From the human T2T-CHM13v2.0 reference genome, Homo sapiens: DNA of 64,000 nt. The DNA lies in the NCBI RefSeq assembly GCF_009914755.1, contig NC_060932.1; one strand, 5' to 3'. Below are positions 40,685-52,889 of this stretch, piece after piece (position 1 is the stretch's first letter; the number at the start of each line of letters is the position of its first letter). Below the pieces are notes generated by a model. The model saw only the letters and a program-made list of their open reading frames with translations. It made no database searches and was not told where the DNA came from. The position numbers were made by a program, and so were the translations under genes.

Positions 40685-42025
40685 AAGCACAAGTAGGCAC
40701 CCATTGTGCTTTTTGGTCCAGTTATAGCAGTAATTACTTCTCCCAGGTTCTTCAAATGGCCTATTGCTTGTGTATTACTTTGGTGAATTTTCACTGTTTT
40801 GGTGTCTTCATCATTATCACTGTTTGGATTTGGAAAGGCCATGTCATGAGTATAAACCAGACACTATTTCAAACCAGAAGTTTCTGGAATGCCTCTGGAT
40901 AAATTATTCTCTATGATTTCACTTCTATTTAAACATAACCTTTAAAAATATTGGAAAGTGTAAGAAAAGGAAATAAAATTGTAGATGTTTAGGGCTTGCC
41001 TTACACTTAGAATGCTGTCCCTGGGATTCTGACAGAGGGTGCCAAGAAAGCAGCACAGCTTTAAATATTGAATGATGGGATTTGTGCCAAGGTAGCATAT
41101 GGTTTTATGTGAACAATGAATATTCTATTATCTCATGTGTGATGCCAGGGAGGAAAGTGGATTTGTGGAGACCTGGTGCAGCTGAGCCTACACAGGAGAC
41201 AATCCTTTTCATTACTGTTGTCTATCTGTGGTCTAAAGATGGATTGAAAGACTCACTTGAGGAGGGCAGACAAGGGTGAAGTTGTTAATGAGTTACAACT
41301 GTGCCCAAAAAAGACATCAGCAATTGCTATGATCAAATAAATTTTAATGACTTGAGAGTGTCTCTAGTGATCTGTATTTTATGTGAGCTGCCTGGATTTT
41401 CTTACATTAGCATCATGGTGATTTCAACCCTGTCCTTAGAGAGATCTCCACTGGTACATGTCTCTCTTAACTCCTTCTCAGTTACTAACATAGGACCACA
41501 TCTGCTCTGCAAATCTCAGACATTCAATTTTCTTCTATATGAGTTTGCCGAAAGCAAAGATAACTAGATGAAGCCTTGTGTAAAAAGGACTATCATTAAT
41601 AATAGTAAAAATAAGGTTCTTGCTTATGGTGTTTTAAGTTGACTGTCAGGGGCTACATCTTGTTTATTTATTTCTGATCAAACTGAAAAACTCAAAGGCC
41701 AGTAATCTGATGGTGAGTGAGGAGGTTAGAAATCTATATTACAGGGCTTCAGTGATTTCAAAAAGTGCCATTGTTTGAGTCTGCTTTAAAATACTTGTAG
41801 AATTTCAAGGCCACTATTTAAAATGGCTTCTGCCCACCAGCTCAGTGATGGTCTTAACATGATAGATTTGCTCCTCCAACTTCCAGCAGCATTTAGATAT
41901 CAAGTGTTGGGGTCAGCTGTTACTGGGCTTCAAGCTGTGAGGAGAGCCTGGGTTGACTATTCCCCATTGCCATATTGATTGGCACACAATGTGGCATGCT
42001 ATGGAGATGAAGGCATCCTCTAAGA

Positions 42026-42197
42026 CAGTGCTGCTCAAATTTGAATGCACGTAACATCACCTGGGGACCACATTAAAAAGCAGAGTCAGATGTTGTACTT
42101 CTTGATGAGACACAGGATTCTGCATTTCTCTCAAGCTCCCAGGTGATACTGATGTGGATGCTGCTGGTTCACAGCCCGTACTTTGAGTACACATGGC
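42026..42197. mobile_element. MER5 (A/B) MITE
   Basis: cagtgctgctcaaattt...atcacctgggga...ttctgcatttct..caagctcccaggtgatactgatg...ctttgagta. Confidence 0.8.
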
Positions 42198-42924
42198 CTT
42201 ATGTTTTAAATCTTGTAATTCTAGCTGAAGGTACAAACGCAACCTCTGTTGGCTCCTAATCTCTTGCCTTGTTCATCTCATAGAACCTGTCCACTCTTAT
42301 GCCCTCCTGGACTCCTACCTGCACACAAGTGAACAGAAATTCAATTTCTACTGTGACAAAAAGGTGATCTATATTTCTTCTGAAAATACCTTCATTCCTC
42401 ACAACTTCAACTAGCTAGAGTTGAACTTTAATAAATGAACTGAAAATATATTCAGTATTTTAATGTTTGAAACATACTTAACATTTTACTGAACAAGAGA
42501 TATAATACTTGGAGCATGTGTTAAGAATGGTAGTGTTGATGAAATGTTGATCAAATATATTTTAGATTCCAAGCTATTACTTCTCTGTCAGGACTCAGTC
42601 TGCCCCTGTCCAGGGGCCTGGGGCTATAGCCCTTACAGAGCCACGGCTCCCCCTGTGTCGGGGGTCATTACGCTGCACTGACAGCCAGCTCTGATGCTTT
42701 CCATTCTGTCCAGGCACCACAGAGTCCTGGGCACCTTTAAGTGCTCAATGAATGTTAGTGGAAAAAAAATCCTTATTGGAACAAATAAAGCAAATTATGG
42801 CACGTCAAACCAGTGGAGTAAAATGTCAGAAAATAAAAATTGTGAAAATTCTAACATGGAAATTTTATATTTTGTTAAGTAAAAAAGAGCTGGATATAAT
42901 AGTGTACTTTTTATGTTTACAATT

Positions 42925-43096
42925 ATATGTATGTATGTACATAGTTTATAAAAATATATATAATAGTATATATATACAATTGTAAACATGGAAAATATAT
43001 ATATGATGAAATATATATGTATGTACATAGTTTATAAAAATATATATAATAGTATATATATACAATTGTAAACATGGAAAATATATATATGATGAA
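42925..43096. repeat. Tandem duplication, 2 x 86 bp
   Basis: 42925-43010 and 43011-43096 differ at one position (42929 G vs 43015 A). Confidence 0.95.
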
Positions 43097-46000
43097 CAAA
43101 TAAAATGAAACATTGAAAAATGAAAACATAGGCTAGTCATGGAACTGATTATTATTTAACTTCTTTATAAAATTATTCCTTTTTCATATTACAGTTTTCA
43201 GTAAGTTACAGGTAAAGAAGAAGCTATGATAAGTAATATTTTAGCATCATTAGGTATCATTCTTGCTTCCCTCCACATGCTTAATCTTTCAAAAGCCTGC
43301 TCTAAGACTCTCTAGAGAAATTGAAGCAAATTTTGAAAACATTTAATTAACTTTAAGAGTGAATAAATTTTTTCTAGATTATGTTCATGCTCTCCTTTTA
43401 CTGTGAACGCTATAGTATTTCCTAAAATTTGCTGAAACTCACAGGGTCCTTAAGAAAGAGCTTTTGCCTATACATTTTAATATTTTCTCACCCAGGCACT
43501 CAGTAAAATGAGTAATAGTCTGTCAGTAATTCACCTTATTAAACGAAGTATAGCAAAACGCTCACATCTTTAAATCCAATTGTTTTCTCTGCTGCACTTC
43601 TTTTTTTGGGGGATCGGAGGGGGGCCTGTTCCACATAGTTAGGTTATTTTTGTTTAATTTAAAATTGTTTTTTCCTTGTCATACTGTGTAAAATTTAGCC
43701 TCAATAAGAAGTATGGCCTTTCATCTTTCTGCTTAAAACTGAAAAATTTAAAAAGGTTTTCCCATAAAACCAGCTAGTGGCTGATAGGATCACTTTAAAT
43801 TTTGCATTTTTACCTGAGAAGTAAAGAAATAGTCTGCCTAGAAATTTGACAACAGGAGTCCTTGTAGGAATAGTTTGGCTAATGGCAGTAGATAAATCTC
43901 TTTTTCTTACACTAGCCTATTGATCCTTCTCTTATCCAAGTGGACATTCTTTCTCCCATTCTTTTCCCTGCCAGTTTTTCTCTCTTCTCTATCTCCTACT
44001 CTTTTTCTCTCTTAAATAATCTGCCTTGCTAGATAAAAGTTTTAGAATTGATTTTTATTCCAAACTCACTAAGGTGATATTTACATATTCAAATGCATGC
44101 ACGTGCATACCTGAACGTGTATACTGTGCCATTATTCTACACTTTGAGAAGCCCAATACTCATGAAAAGAAAAACTGAGTCTCCCTTTGCTCACCTTGTA
44201 CCTCTAGGGCCTACTAGATCACTGGACATGGGTAGCTATTTGTATGTTTATTCAAAAAATGGCTATGTGGATTAAAGTATGAATGGATCCTATTAGTGAG
44301 ATAAAAACTAGTTATGGAGACCAAGTTATTAGAAACTCTTACAATTATAATACATGGGTCCACATTTGACTGCTCTTTTGCTAGCACTGTCAATCATGTA
44401 GCTATGTTAAGAAACATTTCTCTTTCTCTTTTGCTTTGCTATTTGCCATCAAACTATGGCCTTTAAAAGGTGTTTACCTTTTTATTTTCATGGCTGCTCC
44501 CCTTTTTTCCTTTGATAAATATGACAACACTTAGAAGCTTTAATTCCATCTTCTTTGAACTAGGACAGCACTTGGTGTATGATTCTCATATGTCATTCTG
44601 CTTTATCATTTGGAGACTTATCACCCTTACTAGATTTTAAGTTCTTTTAGGAACATAATGATTTCTATGGGATTGTGCGCGTGTGCGCGTGTGTGTGGTG
44701 GGGGAGGGAGTTGTTGTTTTCAGTTGTTGTTTCTCTAAATCTTTAACAGAGACCTATAGGTTCCTAGAAAATCACTGGCATTGGCTGAATTGAACTTGGA
44801 ATTTGAGACATTCTCTATGAACAATGAGACGCAGTTACATTAAACAGTGTTTATCCAAAAATGGAGAGTAGAAATGAGTTTAAAAGAGTAAAGTTCTCAA
44901 GGAAAACTCTCTAAAGCAAAAATGCAGATTGGATTTGCATGCAAATAAAAAGCCTTGAGTGTATTTAATGTGACCCAATAAAATTAGAGGTGCTACAAAT
45001 TTTAAGGAATTTTATAGATTCTTGAAACAGAATCTCCTTTGTTATAGGAAATGGGAAGAAGAGTGAGTATGTACAAGAAGAAGAGTTCAGATATGTTTTT
45101 GTCTGGCACAAGGAGAATAATACAAATTCCTAGTATATTTCTAAATCCCAACTCTGGTGTCCTAGGAGCACTTTGTAACTATTGATATCTGCCAAGAGGT
45201 CCTGAGATCACCTCTGCCACTCTCTTCCTCCTCTCTGCCACTGCACTGCAGTTTTTGTATGGCTGAATTCTTTGCCTGTCTCCTTAACATGACGGCTTTG
45301 CATGGGTCCTGGCATCACACTTAGGCCTTGAAGCAGAGTAGAGAGCTAAACACATAAAGTATTGCTTATACAAGTCACAGAGTGAATAATAATACGAAGA
45401 GAGAAAACTTCCATCAGGTGGTTATTCTGGAATGCAAGAATACAATTTCTATAGCTACATTAATTTTTTTTAATGGTGCTTCTCCTAAGTAGATAAGAGG
45501 GAATGAAGAGGAACAGTGGGAAGGAAAGAGTAAAAGTGGAGTCTCTAGTCTCCTGTACTTCATTCTTAGGATCTACTTCTGTAATCTGAACAGTCATACG
45601 GCAGTAGAGTTTTTGTTTTGCTTTTGGTCTTGATTTTTAGAACTAGCTGGTTTAGTTTGAAACATCAGTGCAATTGAACATGATGAGGAGGGAAATTCAA
45701 GGAGTTGTAGGAATTATGCCTACCAGTGCCTTAGTAATTATTTTAATAGAGAAACCTAAGAAAGAATCTTTAAAATGGAGAGAAATTGATATTGTATTGT
45801 TTGTATGTTTGGTGCTGGAATAGGGCTCGCCCCTGACTTACAAACTTTTGACTTAGCCCACAGAGGTCAGAGAGGACAAAACACTATGTTGTTTGAACAG
45901 TTGTTTTGAGACCGTTGGAAAATGAGTTTGTAATGGGTCCCATGCACAGAAAGCAGAGGTATATCATTATAAAAACCAACCAGTCACTTTGTTGGTAGTT

Positions 46001-47787
46001 TTAGCAAAAGAATTTTAGATGCAGGACTCAGGTGGGAAATATGCAAAACATCTTATTCTTGGAATATTGGTAGACAAACCTTCATATCAGAGATATTTCT
46101 GGCCATCTACATTTTACTTATCCTGCTTCTTTGGCTTGATTAATTGCTCTTGAAAACACTTGCTATACTTTTACTCAGGTAGAAAACTTTTCTCTTTGAT
46201 CACATTTCTTGGCAAATGTTTTTGATCAAATTTCATGGAAAATATTAAAGTCATTAAAAATGTGGGCCTTTCCATTATGTTCTTTATGCCTTGATCCAGG
46301 ATATAATTCATTTACTAGACACATAACTATTGAATTTCACATCTTCTGTATATTGCGGTGCAACACATATAATTGTTGTGAAAGTTGACAGTGAAGACCT
46401 CACTGATTATTGTTTGAGCTACATTTACATATCATGATCAGTTGTAATGTTTCTTGTTTTATTTCCAAGTATGGTTCTCATTTCTCATTTATTTTAAGAA
46501 AATTTATTCTAATTAACTTGGTTAAAAGAAAAATAGTACTCTGCTTCCAGATCGTCACTGAAAAAATACTAGTTCATAATTTTGCCAAGCTATTCACAGC
46601 CTGAGTCTGATAATCCCTCGATGGAGAGTTTGATGATTTCTTTGCACTGTTGATCTGTCATAATGCAAAACTTCCAAATTCTTCTTAGTTAAACCATAAA
46701 GAGAAAGAAAGTCCAATCTCAATGAACAATCTATTCACATCTCCTGTTGTTATGGATGTCACTATTTAATGAGTGAAGGAGCATCCAATTCTTATTAAAC
46801 TGTATCCTGAATGGTACTGCATGGAACAAATGAAAAATGAAACATGCCATTTCTGAGATTGATGCCAGTTTTCCTGCTTCTCTTTTGTCTGGTTTGATAT
46901 GTTGAAATCTCAGTTAATGCTCTTGACAAGTATGTACACTTTCAGTTGCCAGCCAGGTCTTAACTTTCACAAAAGAACTGCTGGAGAAGTTCTGGCCCTG
47001 AGAAAGCTGCTGAGATAAAAGCCACCTTTCATTAAAAACGCCACTTCTCCCCTGTGTGTGGTGTGCCCTAATGTGCAACAACACAATCACTAGAAGGTGA
47101 TTCTGAAAGCAGAGGTAGAAAGAAAATTGCTGGATCCATGGTTGGCAGCACAGGGTTACATGAAGTTGGCCATACAATTGCAATCATGCTGGTAAGTCAA
47201 TATGGGTTGCCATGGAGAGATGGCTATAAGAAGAAAAACAGATGGTGGTAGTTGTGGTGGAGACAAAGAAATAAAAGCCCCAAATCTCCTTCCAAGTAAA
47301 AGTTACATAGAATTCAGCAATTTGGGGAAGAATGACATTGTGTATGCTTGGAAAGTTTATATTGCTATTTTTATCACTCTAGTGCAGAAATGTATCATTA
47401 AAATCATCACATTATTCACCTACTTAATTCCCAGCTCTGGACTCACCCCTTCCACTTGGCTTGCCAAACCATTCTCCTTATTTCATTCAACTCGTGTCAA
47501 TACCCACTTTATTTATTACTAAATCTATTATGATTTAAAGCAAGATTGCCCACTAAATATTTGCATTACAAATTCTCTCAAAAAGTTTGTCTTTTCTTTC
47601 TCTGAAGAAAAATGAATGTCATTTAATACAGATTTATTGTGCAGCCACAATATGCAAACCATTGTTACATTCCTTATTTATATGCTATGCTATAAAAATA
47701 GAAGCTGATCTAGGCCTTGGATTATTAAAATCTTGCATCTTACAGTACAAATAGTTTTTCCCTCTAATGTTTACACGATGAAAATGA

Positions 47788-48112
<325 letters not shown>

Positions 48113-49017
48113 CTGAACACATTCTTATCCATAAGTTTCTAAAAATGTACAATTTAATGATGGAAACTCAGACTTTAATCACTATTATAGGAGAGGATTT
48201 CTACTTTTACTTGTTCCAATATTTAGCATTAGGAAACAATATCTCTTGATGGAAAACTAGATGCATGCCATTTCCTACTTCACCTCAACATACAGCGATG
48301 ACTTGTGTTAGTAGTTTCCTAATAAAGCACATCAGTGAAATTTTGCTACCTTGAAAAAATAGATACTTTTCTTTGTAATTCCATAGAGGGACATGTAATA
48401 GAGGCAATCTCTTACTTGAGATTACAAACATCTTTGGAACACTTATGGCCTCATGATAGAATAATTTTTCTGTACATCACTACTGTTAAAAACAACTGTA
48501 AACATCAGATTTTTATTTTTAGAAAGTTTTACTTACATCAGTGAGCTAACAAGAAACTAACTAGTTCTGAACTTGAGCTTCAGTTTCCAAGATTCAAAGA
48601 ATGGGAAAGAAGAGACAAATCCTAAAGGAATACTCAAGCTAGGAGTCTAATAGAAGAATCTTTTAATGAAGCAGGAACCCCAAACAACTACAACTTCAAA
48701 ATAAATTTGAACTAGACCTAACCCATCCCCAGAAAATAAATCAAATTGTCTGCCTCCAGTCTTGGTTTTAAGTGGAGAAACAGAAAAATTTCTCCTGAAT
48801 ATTCACGAAAATAAGTTATTCTTTACATGGATTTGTAAACTAAATTCACATCACTTGAATAATTAATAAAACATATAAGCAATAATTTATTTTAAATGGT
48901 ACTAGGCTATTGGTACCTCAAGGCATCAGGCAAACAGAGATGAAAATCCAAAAACAAATAAAATTCCTACCTGAAATTATTTAAATTCAAAATAAATCAC
49001 AAAATTTTCCAAAGATA

Positions 49018-49420
49018 TGCTTAACAATAATCCTGGTGTTGCACATTAGATTTCCAGACTTACTCATCCTACATAACTGCCACTTTGAACCCTTTGACTT
49101 ATATCTCCCCACACCCCACTTCCACCCCTGATAACCATCACTCACTCTCTGTTTGTATGTATGTGGCTTTTATTAATTCTAAATATAAGTGAGATTATGC
49201 AGTATTTTTCTTTTCCTGTTTGGCTCTTTTCACTTGGCATAATGCCCTCCAGGTTCATCTATGCTGTCACAAATGGCAGAATCTATACACACACACACAC
49301 ACACATGCCTAGCTATGTGAGAAGATGGATATGTCATTTTGCTTGACTGTAGTAATTATTTCACTGTGAATATGTATGCCACAATGTCATGTTGTATACC
49401 TTAAATATATGCAATATAAA
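49018..49420. mobile_element. 5'-inverted L1MA insertion
   Basis: About 49020-49282 antisense L1MA 3' UTR, about 49286-49420 sense extreme 3' end (ctatgtgagaagatggatatg...accttaaatatatgcaat); flanked by aaaattttccaaagata / aaaaactcccaaagata. Confidence 0.75.
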
Positions 49421-51190
49421 AACTCCCAAAGATAAAATTTCAAAGAACTAAATTCACAATAAAAAATTCAGAATACATAAAGAACCAAGGTATCATACTT
49501 GTGAGGTGATAGAAAAAACAAATAGCTGAATTAAATCCACAAATATATTTGACATAGAATATTAAATAAGTATAAGGTAATATGCTTAAAAAATGAAAGA
49601 GTTTTGAAATGAAGAAGGAGTAAAATGACTAAGCATATTTGAATAAGAAACAAAACAGAATTAACAGAACTAAGATATAGTATTTTTTAAAGAAAACTAA
49701 GTGGATAGGGTTAGCAGATTCAAAAGAATGGAAGAAAAAAGAGTGTGAAAATATTTCTAAGGATATTATACAGAAAGTAGTACAGAAAAATAAGATTTAG
49801 AAAGTATAGGCAATTAAGAGACATGGGAATAGAATGAGAAGTTCTCTGTTACTTACTGGAGGTTTAGTAGGAAAAAAAGACAGAGATATACTAGGATAAG
49901 TGTAAATGTTTAAAGAGGAAATGGCTGTGAATTTTTCAAAACAAATGAAAAGCAACAATCATCAAATTCCAGGAAGACTGCAAATTACCAAGAAAGATAC
50001 ATTTTTTAAAATTCCACACAAAGAGATATTGTAGTCAATCTTCAAAACTTCAAGAACATAGAAATATTTTAAGACCTGATAGAGTAAAAGAAAACGGACA
50101 AATTTTCTCCAGAAGAAAATAGTCACTTCCTGCTAGCATCATGAGAATCAAGCACATTTTTAATATACAGAAATTAAAATGTGCCTAATGGAAAATGTCT
50201 AAAAGTATTTCAGTGAAATAAACATACCTTCAAGTGAAAAAAAATGGAAATATTTTCCATCAAGAGACTCTCATTTAATAAATTGGAAAGTATATTCTTT
50301 AGGAGGAAAAATATTTTTCAGAAAGAAAGTCTGAGAGACAAGAAGAAATGATGAACAAGGAAGTGGTGTATATATATTGGTAAACCAGACACTAACATTG
50401 ACTGAATAAAATAATATTAATAATGTCAATAGAACAGTATACATTAGAAAATACCTATTTGGGGAATTATGGTGTTCTAAGGTGATTATATTGTCTTTGG
50501 AAGAAGTAAAAGATAATGATTAACTTCAAACATTGATAACATATATGTATGCTACCTTTTGTAGGGTAACTAAAAACAGTAAATAACTCATATATATTTG
50601 AAACAAAGGAAAAAATGAAAATGGAAAAAACTGATCAACTCAAAAGAAGGACATAAAGTAGAAAAAAGGAGCCTAGAAATTATTAATAAAATTGAAACTA
50701 GGATAATAGAAACACAACTAAATATATCACAACTCAATAAATGTAATTATACAAAAGAGTTGACTTAAAAGACAAAGATTCTCAGGTGAGACTGAAAAAT
50801 AAGTCCAGCTATATAATATATAGGAATATAGAAAGTATGCAATTGAAAGTATGAAAAAGTGGTATTAATCAAATACTAAAGCAAAGCAAGGTGATATAGC
50901 TATGCCAGATATAATAGAATTTAAGGCAAAAAAACATTATAATGGATAAATATTATAATAAAATATTAAATTTGTCAAAAAGTATAGCCATTTTGAACTT
51001 ATATTAATCTAAAAAGTGGCATCAAATATATAAAGCAAAAATCTTAAGAGCTAAAAGATAACGTAAAAACCCACCATCCTATTGGACTATTTTAACACAC
51101 ATGGTTTAGTGCTTGAGAGATCAACTAAAGTGAAAGTATGTAAAAGATATATTTATATTTAACTTAAAAGTTGCAAAATATACTTTTAAA

Positions 51191-52790
51191 TTTTTTTTTA
51201 TTTCGGTAGGTTATTGAGGAACAGTTCGTGTTTGGTTACATGAGTAAGTTCTTAGTGGCGATTTGTGAGATTTTGGTGCACCCATCACCTGAGCAGTATA
51301 CACTGTACCTCATTCCCTTCCCATCCTTTTCCTAAAGTCCACTGTGTCATTGTTATGCCTCTACATACTCATAGCTTAGCTCCCACTTATGAGTGAGAAC
51401 ATATGATGTTTGGTTTTCCATTCCTGAGTTACTTCACTTAGAGCAATAGTCTCCAGTCTCATCCAGGTTGCTGTGAATGCCATTAATTCATTTTTATGGC
51501 TGAGTAGTATTGCATCATGTATATATACCACAGTTTCTTTATTCACTTGTTGGTTGATGGGCATTTGGGTTGGTTCTACATTGTTGCAGTTGTGAATTGT
51601 GCTGCTATAAACATGCATGTACAAGTATCTTTTTCATATGATGAATTATTTTCCTTTAGGTAGATACCCTGTAATGGGATTGCTGGATCAAATAGCAGTT
51701 CTACTTTTAGCTCTTAAAAAAAAATGTTCACACTGTTTTCTAAAGTGGTTGTACTAGTTTACATTCCCACCAGCAGTGTAGAAGTGTTCCCTGTTTACCA
51801 CATCCACGCCAGCATCTACTGGTTTTTGATTTTTTGATTATGGCCATTCTAGCAGGAGTAAGGTGGTATTGCATTGTGGTTTTGTTTTGCATTTCCCTGA
51901 TCATTAGTGATGTTGAGCAGTTTTCATATGTTTGTTGACCATTTGTATATCTTCTTTTGTGGGTTGTCTATTCATGTTCTTAGCCTGCTTTTTGATGGAA
52001 TTGTTTGTTTATGTCTTGCTATTTTGTTTGAGTTCATTGTACATTCTGGATATTAGTCCTTTGTTGGATGTATAGATTGTGAATATTTTCTCCCACACTG
52101 TGGGTTGTCTATTTGCTCTGCTGACTGTTCCTTTTGCTGTGCAAAAGCTCTTTAGTTTAATTAAGTCCCAGCTATTTTTCTTTGTTTTTATTGCATTTGC
52201 TTTTGAGTTCTTGGTCGTGAAATCCTTGCCTAAGTCAATGTCTAGAAGTGTTTTTCCAATGCTATCTTCCAGAATTTTTATAGTTTCAGGTCTTAGATTT
52301 AAGTCCTTGACCCATCTTGAGTTGATTTTTGTGTAAGGTGAGAGAGGAGGATCCAGTTTCATTCTCTTCCATGTGGCTTGCCATTCATCCCAGCACAACT
52401 TGTTGAATAGGGTGTCCTTTCCCCACTTTATGCTGTTGTTTGCTTTGTCAAAGGTCATTTGGCTTTAAGTATTTGGGTTTGTTTCTGGGTTCTCTATTCT
52501 GTTTCATTGGTCTATGTGCCTGTTTTTATACCACTACCATGCTGTTTCAGTGACTATGGCCTTATAGTATAGCTTGAAATCAGGTAATGTGATGCCTCCA
52601 GATTTGTTCTTTTTGGTTAGTCTTGCTTTGTCTGTGAGGGCTCTTTTTTGGTTCCATATGAATTTTAGGATTTCTTTTTCTAGTTATGTGAAGAATGATG
52701 GTAGTATTTTGATGGGAATTGCATTGAATTTGTAGATTTCTTTTGGCAGTACGGCCATTTTCACAATATTGAGTCTACCCATCCATGGGC
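51191..52790 (-). mobile_element. L1PB, 5'-truncated, about 1.6 kb, with a disrupted ORF2 C-terminus
   Basis: L1PB-type 3' end (gtgtttggttacatgagtaagttc...gatttgtgagattttggtgcacccatcacc); ORFs 52009..52458 (WGKDTLFNK...[21 protein letters not shown]) and 51376..51624 are L1 ORF2p remnants. Confidence 0.95.
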
Positions 52791-52889
52791 AAAAATGCAC
52801 ATTTTAAAAGTCAGTTATAGAACAATTATGAAAATTGCTAACATTATGATTCATAAGACAAGTCTCAACAAACATATTACTGGTGGTAT

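Larger units (their letters stand above)
48480..52875 (+). mobile_element. Old L1M 5' UTR/ORF1/endonuclease region, split by younger L1 insertions
   Basis: A-rich sense L1 texture; aatggctgtgaatttttcaaaa, ttaaaagacaaagattctcag, atagaatttaaggcaaaaa; resumes after the L1PB with cataagacaagtctcaacaaa (52852-52872). Confidence 0.7.

Noticed and set aside
42645-42662. Possible CTCF site (GACACAGGGGGAGC on minus)
   Set aside because: The 5' half of the core deviates from consensus; too weak without ChIP data.
44674-44697. Alternating purine-pyrimidine tract tgtgcgcgtgtgcgcgtgtgtg (Z-DNA potential)
   Set aside because: Short, and typical of a decayed (TG)n microsatellite.
52009-52458. 149-aa ORF with clear protein homology
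   Set aside because: A fragment of L1 ORF2p inside a truncated, frameshifted L1PB, not a functional CDS.
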